Source of the DNA: Camelus dromedarius
Taxonomy: Eukaryota
Direction of reading: 5' to 3'
Assembly: GCF_036321535.1 (NCBI RefSeq)
Contig: NC_087436.1
Coordinates: 114,950,001-115,014,000 of the forward strand
DNA: 64,000 nt
Position numbers and translations under genes: made by a program. Below, one piece after another: positions 38,016 to 50,508 of this stretch. A model generated the notes under the pieces. That model was not told the origin of the DNA and did not search any database. It was given only the letters and a program-made list of their open reading frames with translations. Each line of letters opens with the position of its first letter. Position 1 is the stretch's first letter.

Positions 38016-41000
38016 GTGGTGTAAACGTGGAAAGCAGGTTTTTCTCATTCCTGGGTCTGCTTTTCCCATGTGGCAGCTGCTTCTCACTTCTGCTCTGTTC
38101 AGACCCTGCTCCACCACCCACAGTTCTGCTGTGGCCACTGGTCACTTTCCTGATGACGGTACTTCCTGTTGATGGTGCGGCGGAAACAGCACGACCTTTG
38201 GAGTTGCATCCATTGGAGTAAAACCCTCAGCTCTGCTACTGCTTAGCAGTATGCCCTTGAGAAAGTATCTAACTACTCTGAGTTTTAAATTACTCCTTCA
38301 GAGAGTAAATTTTTTTTTAATCTTGAATCTTTTCTGGACTATAGCAGACTATAATGTTTATTTTTAAAAAATCCTGCTTCACAAGAGTCATGAAAATGAA
38401 AAGAAATAAGATCTGCAAAGAAGTCCATAGAATATGACACAGAGAAAGCATTTAATAAACGGTGGCTACTATTTCCTTTCTGTGGAGTGAATATATTTGA
38501 TATTTCATGCAAAAACGAGACACTGGACAATTCGTTCTCGGAATATCTAGCAGATCCTAGCAACGGTTTGCAAACTTTTGGCAGCAAAACGAGGCAAATA
38601 ACTTAAATTTTATAAATCTGAATAATGAAATCATTTGAGAGGCGGCTGAAGGTTAAGAGGCTGGACTGGGGAGGAAATGTTACTCTATCTGAATGCACTC
38701 ACCTAATCATGCACATCTGAGGATAAAACCAGGTTGTGTTCTCCTGAATAGAGGATTTCATGCCCAATTTTCACCACTTGCTCCCAGAGAACGGCCTCCT
38801 ATGTAACAGCCCCACTGTGCTGTCTCAACCTTGCCGAGAGCTCTACGGACGGAGTATTCAGCCTTCATTTTGACTTTCCTAGATCAGGCAAGCTTGCCAA
38901 GCCCCAAATATTGTGGTGGCATATTTGAGTTTGGATTTCAACAACGTGCAACTCTTCTGAAATAATGTCCAGCACTAAAATGTTCACTCTCCGAGTTAGA
39001 CTTTTGTCATCCTCGAAGTAGGAAGTGGTTCTCTGCAAATATTTAGAAATGCTGTGGAAACTCTGAAGTGCACATCCATGGCAACCCCTTGGCCCTGCAG
39101 GCTGTGAAAGGCACCATGCCTTCCTTAACAGAGCCATTTCATTCCTAAGTGAAAATATGGAGGCTGACATAGACGAGGCAGGCTCTTCCAGTCCATTTTA
39201 AGAAGGCCCTGGGTGACACCTGACCCCTCCAGTCCTATAAACAGCGGCAGAAATTCCCTTTCCACTTAAACTGCATCTGCTGGGCAAGGTTTCAATAAAG
39301 CAGCGATTCATGAAAAGGGTCCCCCTTATTGCAAGTGTCAAAGTTCTCCTTGTTTAAGCTAACTGTTCGCAAAGTGTGCCTGGCCTCAGCCGTGAACTTT
39401 GCCTTGTTGCCTCACCTCTCCTTGACAGAAATAGACTTCACAACCAATTGTCCTGTGCATCAAAGCTCTACGTGAAGATGAGCTGAAATGGAACTGAATG
39501 AAAATATACATTGTATCTGTCACCAAAATTAATCTCAACACGTAAAAATAAATGTTCTCTGAAAAGTTATATTTGCATATATTTACCTGAGGAAACACAC
39601 AAAGATAAATATACGCAAATAAATATACGAAGAAAAGCCATTTGGTTTGGAACCAAGAGTCTCAGCTCCGAATTCTGCTTGGCCGCCTTCACTTGCTGGA
39701 ATGCTGTGGGTAAATGACCCAGGTCAGGGGAGACTTCTGGGTGTTCTCGCTGTGCCACTGGGGACATTATAGGACCACTTGTGAAGCTGGGAAGCACAGG
39801 AAGAGGAGCGCAACAACACACAAAAGGAGGAAGTCTTTTTTTGTGAGCAAGGCAATTATTTCAGTTTTGCACTTACTGAGTTTGAGACCCATGTGAGGTG
39901 TTTTTTGTCATGTGATGCTCAAAGAGGGAATGAAGTTTGGGTACCATTCATGCTTAGATGAGAGTTGAGGCATAGAAGTGGGTGCATTTATTGAGGGCAT
40001 GTTCGGAAGGTGAGAAGAAAGGAGAGTTGAGGCTAGAACCCAGAAGAATGTCAACACTTACAGGGTGACTAAAGCAGGGAAGACCAGTGCAGGAGGGAGA
40101 CCATGCCATGGTGAGTGGGAAGCTGGGAAGAACCTGTGCCATTAGAGACGTCCCAAGAAGGCCTCTCAAATGCATCCGGAGGGGGCGGGTCAGTAGCACA
40201 AGAACTAAAATCTGTTCATTATCTGCAAGTTCCTTAGTGGCCACGTTGAGCAGTGTCAGTGCGGGTGAAAACTGCAATGGAGCGGGGAGGCTGAGGAATG
40301 AAGTGATTCAGCCCAGAGAGAAGGATTCCTGCTGTAGGATTCCTATCTTCAAATATCTGAGGAGAGCTTATGAGAACCAAAGACAAGTTCACTTCTGTTT
40401 TGCCTCCACTGGGCAAGCGGACAATGTGAGGTCACTTTGGGTTATATTTTAGTAGATGTATCTATCAGTGAAAATTACTGAAGAAGTGAAGTGGCAGCCT
40501 TATGAAGTGGTCAGACCCCATTACAGGAGTCTTTCAACATTGGATAGAAAACCATCTGGGAAAGGGAACGTAGAGATGACTCAGTCCCTTCTACCTTTGA
40601 TTCTGTGAGTCTAAGTCTGAGTCTGTCTGTTGCACGGGCTCACTGTCCTTGCAGCTCTGGGTAGACAGCAGCTCACATGCTTATCCATCCTTTACAGGCC
40701 GTGGGGGCCAGTAAGACCAATTATTATCTTTTCCTGTAAAGTCCAATATCAGTGGGACAGAGTTCACTGGGAAGGCCTTGCGGTGAGCTGTTGAGTGTTG
40801 AGCTCAGATTTGAGAAAGCCCAGGGCTGTCTCAGACTTTGCCAGGACTCACCAGGGGATCCTCTTGGCTTCTCTAAGCTTACTCTGCTGGTGCTTTGGGA
40901 GAGGGCCCTTGGCATTTCTGTATGTCTGTGTTGCTTCACTAATTGATTAAAAGAAAAATAAACACCTCTAGGGTAGAGGTCTGCCTCTTACTTGGGGCCA

Positions 41001-41965
41001 GACTACATCCAGCTCCTGGGTTTCTCAGTGGGTATCTCAGAGGTAGCTAGTGGTGGTGTTTGCACAGAGAATTTCCAGACCATGAAAGCTACTCTTAGTA
41101 GGCATCACAAGAGTCCAGATTAGGTGACTTGGCAGCAAAGAGTCGAAACATTCCAAGTCAAAGGGTAAAGGAAGCAGGAACTAATGAAGAAAGAGCATGG
41201 AAAGAGCCAGGGTGAGAACTCTGCGGGCTGCATACAGCAATACGTTACGGGTCCCCTTTCCCTTCCTCCTATATGAAGCTTATAAACAACTTAAAGCCAC
41301 ATGATAATTATAAGAACATCAAAGAAAATTCTCATTTCCCTGGTGGTAATGATTCTGATCTTGTAATTTTCAGGATCTTTAATAAATGATGGTATTTATA
41401 CAGCGTTCACCTATGTGTACTTAGCACAGGATTCTAAGTTTAGAGACCAAAAGTATAGGGACAGTGCTGACAGTAAGGGATGGTGTATCTTCTGTAATTA
41501 ACTAACCGGTTGATTGAAATGTAGTCCTTCATTAAGCAAGGATTAAGCACTTCTTATACACTAAGTACTTGATGGAGGGGTGAGAGGTGAACCAGACCGT
41601 CAACGTCACTGCTTCAAAAGACCCCAAATCACTCTGTCTCCAAGTGACTTTCTTCCTTTGTGTACAAAAAAGATAAGAAAAGATCTCCACTTCTTCCCTC
41701 CTTGAGTTACTGAGAGTATCAGATATTCTTTTGGAAGAATTAAAAACATTATTTCTGGTATTGGTTTCAGATATAGTCAACACATGGATGTACAAATAAA
41801 TCTGGCAAGTAAAGAGTTTCAGAAAATAGCTTATTTAATATAGTAAAATCTTGATGTTGATGTGGGATATTCAGTTTTCCATCAGTTTCCAAGTTTGCCA
41901 ATACCATCATAACTTACAATGTCAATGATGACATTTAGTTGAAATCAATCAAAATGTATATGTAG

Positions 41966-41970
<5 letters not shown>

Positions 41971-42022
<52 letters not shown>

Positions 42023-42072
42023 TGCACATATGAGTGAGTGTGTGTGTGTGTGCACGCGTGTGTGTGTGTGTG
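41971..42072. repeat. Compound (TA)n(CA)n...(TG)n microsatellite
   Basis: Direct reading. Confidence 0.95.
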
Positions 42073-42152
42073 CATGTACAGGAAGAAAACTCTTTGGAGA
42101 ATAATAAATCTTAACTAAACTGTGGACATCAAGCAACCTTTTAAAATTCCTC

Positions 42153-43740
42153 TGCTAGGCACTGAACGTATTTCCCTCAAATTCATATGTGCAAACCCTA
42201 ATCCTCAGTGTAATGGTATTTAGAGGTGGAAACTGCAGGAGGTCATGAGGGTGAAGCCCTCATGAATGGGATCAGTGCCCTTATAAGAAGAGACACAAGA
42301 GAGATGATCTCTCTCTCTCTTTCTCTCTCAACCATGTGAGAATACAGAGAGTGAACATTTGAAAATCAGGTGAGAGCTCCCAGCAGACGCTGAATCTGTT
42401 AGCCTCCTGATCTTGGACTTCCCAGCCTTCAGAACTGTGAGAAATAAATAAAGCTAAAACTTTCAGGTGATGAAATTGGATATTTAACTGAGGAGATTTC
42501 TAAACAAAATGTTGAAGGAGTGACTTGGTTTCTCCTGACTTTTAATAGCAAAACTTGAGAAGAGGAAAATGAATTGAAGACGAAATTGTTCAGCAAAAAG
42601 GAACCAGAACTTAAAGATTTAGAAAATTATCAGCCTTTCCATATTACAAAAAAATGAGGAGGCATGTTTGGAGCAGAACACTAAGGACGCAATGGGCTGA
42701 CCATTTGATGAAGAGACTGATGTGGGCGAGACCTAGAGGTGCAATCAGCCACCACGGCAGGAGCACTGCCAGCGTAACTGAAGGAGCTGGAGCCAGGGTG
42801 GAATGGAAGAAGTCTGTGAGCCTCCTGAATTTTATAGGAAAGACCACAGAGCTCTTCTTCAGGACAAGGGAAGAATGACCCCAGAGGCAGCTCAGAGATC
42901 CTCAGGGCTACCTCCTCATTTTCAAAAGCGATGACATCTCCTTGGTTTCAACAGGCTAGACCACCGGTACCCAAAGCCTTGGGGCAGGGTCACCTGGAGC
43001 CATGAAGGCAGGACCTACACTTGGCTGAGCTGCAAGGGCAGGGCTTCCAGTCCAGTGGGTCTTGAAGGAAGAGCACTGAACCAAGGAGGATTTTTCTTTG
43101 AGCCTTAGTATCTCATAGAGTTTGCCTTGCTGGGTTTTGGACTTGCCTGGGAGCCATCAACCCCTTCCTTCTCTCTGATTGCTCCGTTGTTAGAATGGGA
43201 ATATCTACCCTCTGCCTGTCCCATCACCGTATTTTAAAAGCACATCGTTTGTTTAGTTTCACAGGTCCACAGCTGGAGAGGAGTTTTGTCTCAGGATAAA
43301 TCATACCTTGAATCTCACCCGTATCTGATTTACATATTTAGAATTTAGATGAGACTTTGGATTTCTTTAGAGTTGATGCTAGAATGAGTTAAGACTTTTG
43401 GGATTTGAGGATGAAATGAATGTATTTTGCAGGTGAGAAGGACACACATTTTGAGGGGCCGACAAAAGGATGACTGTGTTGTTCCAAAATTCACATGCTA
43501 AAGCCCTAATTCTCCATGTGAAGGTATTCAGAAGTGGGGCCTTGGGAGGTAATGAGGTCATGAGTATGGACCTAGTTGAAGACAGCCAACTGCGAGCCAG
43601 GAAGAGGGCTCTCGTCAGACATCGAAATTGCCAGCACCTTGATCTTAAACTTCCTAACCTCCAAAACTGTGAGAAGTGTTTGTTGCTTAAGACACTGAGT
43701 CTATGATAATTTGTTGTAGTAGCTGGAACTCAGTAAGACA
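42153..43740 (+). mobile_element. Two-LTR MaLR element (MLT1A-type LTR, MLT1-int, LTR)
   Basis: LTR about 42153-42450 (aaattcatatgtgcaaaccctaatcc...tcttggacttcccagccttcagaactgtgagaaataaa), internal region (gaggagatttctaaacaaaatgttgaaggag...tgagttaagacttttggga), second LTR about 43475-43740 ending taagaca. Confidence 0.8.
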
Positions 43741-45135
43741 AGTGTGTGAAAACACTCTGAGAAAAATCTTGGCCATGATAAAAAGCAGGAAATAAACAGA
43801 TGACAGAAATTAACTCCATTTGGCTATAACATAAAAACAAAGTGGAGGTTCCCTTGACCCTTCCCACATCTTCCCCACTAGCATCCCACTGAATTTTACA
43901 TTAGATTTCTTGCGGTCCATTAGGGCATGGATAGGAAAGAATATATGATTTAGGAACTGTGTTGAAACTACAGCTGAATGAATTTTTAATTTAATCATCA
44001 AAACATGCATGCTGACCATCATTTTGAAATTCATGGCTGACTTTCAGAAGACAGGGCAAAAAAATATAACAAGGCAATTCAAGATGACAAAGCAAAAAGG
44101 GGTCTGACCTGACTGCGTGAACACAGGGCGAATCCCACCTAATAGCCACGGATTAGGAAATACTTAAGCCCTCTCTTTTCACTTCCCTTTTCTCTGTGTC
44201 ATGAAGACTCAACAGCCCCAGCTGATAGCGTCGTGGAGGTGTCGACAGAGCCCAACTGTGATGTGATTAACTCAACGTGCTGCTGCAGTTAGCCCATCAA
44301 AGTTGTCTGGGGACTAGCATTTCCCCTAGGGTCACGAGGCAAAAATGACCTGGCCTGTCAGTCCTTGTCTGGCTGGGGCCCAGTGCTGGCATGGGGGATG
44401 TCACAAAGCAAGCAGTCCCTGGGTCTTTAAGCAATGAGAATAAACAGGTCCCTGCTTATGAAACCGAGCTCATATTAAGCTAAGCTGTCCAGTCCTTGAC
44501 TTGGAGCAAGGCTCCCTTTCCTGTGTACATTCATTTTATTTTATGGCCACGTAAAAGCCACTCTGGGGCACTGGCTGCAGTGGGAAAGTCAACAACAACA
44601 CTGCAGAACGACCCACACCCGAAAGCAACCCAAAAAGAACACATCAGGAGAAAGCTATGGAGGCAGTCCCCCCCAACACCTTGGCAAGCGCTGGCCGTGT
44701 CAGAAGCCAGAATAATTGATTCTGACAGAAAGGAAAGTAGTAATTGGAATGAAACTTGTTTGAATAACAGCTTAAATGTTTCTTCCCTTGCTTTCCAGAT
44801 TACATGCACTGTAAAGCCGGATTTCTTTCTCCTGGCTGGTTCACAGAGGACATTCTGTGTCCAAGGGGCTTGTGAAAGGAGAGGAAAAAAAAATTGTCTT
44901 GTGAATTTGCCTCTTTCTGGATGGCTGTCTGGGATGCAGGCCCACACAGACAATTAATTGATCCTTAGTCCCGAGTCTTGTCTGCAGTGAGCATCCCTCA
45001 AACCACTGCTGAGACACTGAGAGGCTGGACAGTGTCTGGGTGAGGGTGCTCCGTCCACTCAACTGGTTAACAAGACTGAAGTTAGAACTTTCCCCCAATC
45101 GTGTTCCTTTTTACTGGTTTCCAGTTGTAGTGAGT

Positions 45136-45492
45136 ACGATGGACTGAATGTTTATGTCCCCCTCAAATTCATGTGTTGAAATTCTAACCCCCAAGGTGAT
45201 GGTGTGAGGAGGTGGGACCTTTGGGAGGTGAGGAGGTCATGGCAGCAGAGCCCTCCTGAATGAGATTAGGGCCCTGAGAAGACAGACCCCCAGGAAGATG
45301 TTTCAGCCCTCTCCATGTGAAGTCACAGTGAGAAGGTGGCTGTCTGTGAGGAAGCAGGTCTCCATCAAACACTGAATCCTCTGACACCTTGATCTTAGCT
45401 TCCCGGCCTCCACAGCTGTAAAAAACCATTTCTGTTGCTCATGAGCCATCCAGTGTGTTGTAGTCTGTTACAACAGCCCGACTGGACTGACA
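45136..45492 (+). mobile_element. MaLR solo LTR (MLT1A0-like)
   Basis: atggactgaatgtttatgtccccctcaaattcatgtgttgaaattctaacccccaaggtgatgg...caacagcccgactggactgacaca. Confidence 0.85.
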
Positions 45493-45499
45493 CACACAG

Positions 45500-46410
45500 C
45501 GGGGCGCCTCGGCCCTCCACGAGCTGCCTTGCCGAGCCCTCCTCCTCCGGCTTCTCCCTCTGCGCTCCCACCACGTCACACACCTGTAGGTCCTGCATGG
45601 TCTGGCCGCTCCTGTGTCTCTGATCGTCCCTCCTTCCGGGCTGGGCTCTGCTCACAAGCTCCAGCCCTGTGGCCCTTCGACCTATTTCTTGAATCTTCCA
45701 AGTTGATTCCGTCTCTGGGCACTTGCTCTTGTTACTTCCTTTGGTCTGGAGTGTTCTTTCTCTCATCTCTACGTGCCAGAATCTTCCTTAACTGTCATGA
45801 CCAAAAGACGCTTTCCCCGACCCGCCCCCACCCAAATATAATAGGTCTCCTCGAACCAGTCCAGTAGCCCATTTTATTTTCTAGGAAAATACAAATGTCT
45901 CGATCATGCATTTATTTGTTTACTGTCTGTGCCCCACCCCCATAACCAATGAAATCGTCATAACAGCAGACTTTTATTTGCTCTGCGCTCTTGTATCCCC
46001 AACCATGGCAGGAGCTCAAGAGTCATAAATAAATGGTTCTCAGGACTCGGTATGTTCTGCCATAATTCCTCTCCTTTGGCCAAGTCACTGTCTCTTCCTT
46101 CGCCTCATCAACTTGCTCAGTCAGCCCTTTCTCCTGCTTCAAAGACTCAGCTCACATGTTCTCTCTGTCTGGAGCCTCCTTCACATCCTGGGGTTGCAGC
46201 GAGATGTTCCTTCTGCATTTGCCTGGTTCCTGGCACGTACATCTTTTATAGCAATTACCATGTTATATTTCAGTTGTGTGTTTATGGATATAGCCTGGCC
46301 TGAAACTGTACATTTTTTTTGCACTTAGGGATTGTGTCTATACCTATAAGTCAGCAAGTCTAGTGCAGTTAATGTGCATACTTGATGCTTAAAAATGTTG
46401 AATAAGTTAA
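45500..46410 (+). mobile_element. L2 fragments
   Basis: gtcctgcatggtctggcc...ctccagccctgtggccctt...tttatttgtttactgtctgt; second copy cttcaaagactcagctcacatgtt...aaaatgttgaataa. Confidence 0.6.
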
Positions 46411-48532
46411 TAGTCATTGCCTTAGGCAACAAGGCTTCAAAAATCTGGCATCTTTTTGAGTCTCTGCCGTTGTTCAGAAGCTCCATATTTATGTTTATTT
46501 TTTCTCATGCTATCTCTCTTAGATGCACCCTCATCGTTTACAGTGTTAGCATCCTTTGGAGGCCTTCACACCTGGCAGATTGCAATTGTTTTCTAATTCA
46601 TTTCTCTGTCTCCCATCCTCTTTCCTCTAACTCCTAAAGGAAGGAGAAACCTCAATGTTCCTTGCTATCTCTGGGTCTCTCCTTCAGTTCTCAGATAAAG
46701 GAGGAGAAATCATTCATCTGATTGGTCAAATTAGCAACAACTCTTTTAGGCTTCCTCGATTGTCTCTCAAATGTCTCTGCCACTCTCTTTCACTCCGTTT
46801 CTCCATCTGTCTCGATTTCACTCTCTCTCTCTGCTTCTCTGAAACTGAGTAAATGGACTCTGGGACTTCCACAAATGCCCCTCCCCTTGCTGAGGGTCCA
46901 AGGTGGGAACGTCCCACGGTTCAGCTCTCATGGGGGTGCTGGGCGCTCAGCGGTCTGGCCTTGGTGCTGCACTCCAGCTGCGGGCACTGCTGTCAGTTAT
47001 CAGGTGCTGACTTTGCTGTTAATAAAGTAGTAGCTTGACATTCATTTTTCTATTGACCCTTAGGTGTGTAATAAGCGACTTTTCCATTCCCAAAGGAAAG
47101 AACCCTGGTTATATTCATCTTTATTCCTAGCAGATTACACACTAGGTCATCAACATGTTTGTTGAATTTGACTAAGGGCAGAAGAGCTAAGTTACTTTCC
47201 CTCATTTCTTAGGAGAACAGTGACGAGCATCTAACAGATGCTTTAAAAGCATCAGTTGAGTGAATGGATGAATTATTCCATAATTTCTTACTTCTTCTGA
47301 GTTGTCAGCTCAATTCTACCTCCATCTCTGCTCCAGAGACCAGTCTGTTCTGGAGAACTCTGGTCTCTGTAGATACACTCTTTAGTCTCCATTGGACAGT
47401 CCCAAAGTCTTGGCTGTGAGTATTAAGAGTCCATTTGAGTCTTACCATTCCTTTGAGAATTTGTTAATGCCTTCAATCTGGCTCATCTGAAATTATAGGC
47501 ATCTGCCTTTACCTCTAGTAGCAGAAAAGTTGGGGAGAGTTTCTGAGTTTATAATATAATCAACCAATGCAGCATTTTAAACTGAAGAGTGTGTTCTTAT
47601 TGGCCAAGAATTGGGAGATGCTTGTTACTAGTAAAATCACTTCTGACAGATCCAAGATATCCAGCCAGCGAAAGGGATATTAGAGGAGAAGATGAACAGT
47701 TTTAACACCAACTGACGTCATGTTCTGGCACGTCGGGGACGTGTCCAGAAGACATTGTTCTTGCCTTTTAAAACATCGTGGTACGGAATTAAAATGCAGG
47801 ATGACTGTAGGGACTTTTCGCACATGTATGGACTCTTGCTGGCACTTTAGAAGTTAGTTCAAAGCATGTTTTGAAATACTATCTGATCTAATGAAAATGA
47901 TTACGGTCTTATCATTTCAGAGCTGAAATGAAAATGAAAGCAACTTTTATTTGGATTCTTAAATGTGCCAGGTGTTTTCAAGGTTATTACCTTTCCCTGT
48001 CCTCAGAGTCACACTGTGATTTCCGTAATAAATAAAAGCTCAGGGTAGCAAAGGGACGAGCCTGAAATCACAGAGCTAGACAGTGACAGAGGAGGACTTG
48101 GATTCAATTTTTCTCCTCCAAGTTTAGGTTCCTATAACCAGAACACTTGCCTCAGACATCATCCTCTTCATCCTCCCTTTTGTAGATAAAATATCGAGAT
48201 CCAAGTAGGAAAACGTTTTTCTAACGTTCTCACGGGTGGCAGGCACACTGCCTCCAGAGACACGTGGCTAGCTGGCCTCAAAAAAAGTTCAGTTCCTGTT
48301 AACAAAATGCTTGTTCATGGGCTTCAGCATGGCTCTGAAAAGGCAGAATTTGAGAAGAATTAAAAAAAAAAGCAGCAGCAGCTCAAAATTGTGACTCACT
48401 TGCATTGGAATGTGAGCAGAGTATTTCCTGAAAATACGGTACAGATGATAATATGATGTGTTTTGTTACCTGACATATAAAGAGTAACTTAAGTGGCTCC
48501 ACACACTGCTGTTACAGATGTCACATACTCAC

Positions 48533-48931
48533 TGTAGCAGTTTGATAGGGCTGCCTAACAAGTGTCACAGACTAGGGTCTTAGGAGCAAAAATGTTTGTT
48601 CTCAGTTCTGGAGATGACAGGTCTGAAATCAAGGTGTTGGCAGGGCTGGTTCCTTCTAAGGGATGTGAGGGAGGAATCTGTGCTTGATCTCTCTCCTTGG
48701 CTTTAGATGACTGCCTTCTCTCAGTGTCTTTACATCATTTTCCCCCTTTTGGTGTCTGTGTCCCAGTTTCCTCTTCTTGTAAGGACACCAGTCATACTGG
48801 ATTAGGTCCTAATGACCTCATTTTAATTATCTAATTAAAGATCCTCTTTCCAAATATGGTTATATTCTGAGGTCCTGGGTGTTAGGACGTGACCATATAA
48901 ATTTTTGGAGGACACAGTTCATCCCATGACA
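48533..48931 (-). mobile_element. MaLR solo LTR (MLT1B-like), followed by (CA)n
   Basis: cagttctggagatgacaggtctgaaatcaaggtgttggcagggctggttcc...aaggacaccagtcatactggattagg...gacacagttcatcccatgaca. Confidence 0.85.
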
Positions 48932-49169
48932 CACACACACACACACACATACAGTTAAGACTCAATAGGGAGATATTTCTGTGTTTATTGCTTAGGAAAT
49001 ACAAATTTGATTTTCCTGAGCACAATATATACTTTTGGTGATCTTTGAACTTATGTTTTGAGAGTTTTATTTCATGAACCAAGACTTTGCAAGGAAAAGT
49101 AGTAATAGAAAGGAAGAGAAGATACACCAGCCCCTGGCGGCCTCTCTTATACTTGCCAGGCTGCCAGGA

Positions 49170-49570
49170 AGAGACCTGGGCACGGAACCCAGGGGCTGGG
49201 CGGACGTCAGGCTGCATCACTTACCGGCGGAGATTCTGAGCATCGCGCAAGCTTTTTCTTTCATCTGTGAAATAACAATCCCTGCGTCACGTGGTGGTTG
49301 TGAAGATTAAGTGAGGTAATGGGTACGAAAGCACTTCGTATGCTCTAGAGAAAAGTTGGAATTTAAAAAATGAACACCTTTCCTTAAAAGCAATCTTAAA
49401 GCAGAAACCAGTACTTTAAAAAGTTGAAAACGAAACTGCTCGGCCTGAAGAGGGAGTGAGGTGTAGGGCGGGCACGCGGTGCGGAAATGACTCTCCGAGC
49501 CTCGGCCTCTGCCTGCGGAAGTCGTGTCGCTGCTCGGGGCCGCTACCGAGCATGTTGTCAAACCACTACT
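49170..49570. promoter_or_regulatory. CpG-rich promoter/enhancer-like element partly built on a MIR
   Basis: GGGCGG at 49198 and 49466; GACGTCA 49203-49209; GTCACGTG 49286-49293; ETS-like GCGGAAAT 49481 and GCGGAAGT 49515. MIR core ttcatctgtgaaat...ggttgtgaagattaagtgaggtaat at about 49255-49325. Confidence 0.6.
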
Positions 49571-50378
49571 CTTAGGACGTATTAGGACGTATGCAAATGT
49601 TAGTTATTCATTTATTTTTTTTAATTGTTTTATCAGCGCTGTGAGGTGGAATGATGTATTGTTTTCAGCTTTTAAATGTGAGGAAACTAAAACCCAGAGT
49701 GCTTAAGTGTTCGCTCAATCATCTGAAGCCTAATCTTTCCCAAATGAGCTGTAGTTAAGGATTTATATTTAAAGGTTTTAATTTGTCACGGACTGATTTT
49801 TGTAAACAAAAATGCATGTGAATTACTAGAAAAACAAAAGGATAAGTAAGACTTATAACATGCAAGTTTGACTTTTTAAATCAGCTTCAGTAGATGAAAG
49901 ATAATTTCGCTGAATTGCTATGAAAGTTTCTGTCCGTCTACCCCACTGCGCGTGGGTTAAAGCATCTGTGGCTCACAACGTGGTCAACGAAACAAGGCGC
50001 CCCTGCTCAGAGCCGCGTCCTGTGACTCTAGGGTTAGTGTTCTTTCTTCTTGACAGCATTACTTTTTTGATCTGATATCTCTGAGCCCCAATTTCCTTAT
50101 CTACTAAATGCACGTATTGACCTTTGCCCCTGTCTACCTCATAGGATCCTTATGCCATTCAGAAGACCCAGAGTAGGAATTTGAACTCTGTAAGGAACAA
50201 AGCACTAATAATTATAGCATGGAAAAGTTTAAAGTAGGGATAACTAATCTTACTAAAGAATATTTAGACTTTGCACGTTGCAATGTCCGGGTGAAGATTC
50301 CCAAACAAACTCACTGCAAAATGCACCCCTAGGAAGAGGATACAGCAACTGCCCGTATGTTGGGTTTTTAGCTGTAAC

Positions 50379-50508
50379 TAGGGTGACCTACATCTGGTTT
50401 GTCTGGGGAAGTCCTATGACTATGGTCGTCATCCCAGCTAATTATAAATAGTGCATCTTTTTCCTCTTAAAAATGTCTTAATTTGTACTAAAAATTTTAT
50501 GATCATCT
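50379..50508 (-). mobile_element. MER94 (hAT-Blackjack MITE)
   Basis: tagggtgacctacatctggtttgtctgggga...taattataaatagtgc...aaaatgtc...ttatgatcatct. Confidence 0.7.

Noticed and set aside
38865..39170. 101-aa minus-strand ORF in unique sequence
   Set aside because: No recognisable domain and no convincing donor or neighbouring exons; the length is compatible with chance.
44496..44957. Overlapping 153-aa (+) and 140-aa (-) ORFs
   Set aside because: No recognisable protein features or splice context; likely chance in moderately GC-rich DNA.
48661..48680. ggatgtgaggg resembling the 7SK 5' end
   Set aside because: It lies inside an MLT1 LTR and the match does not extend.
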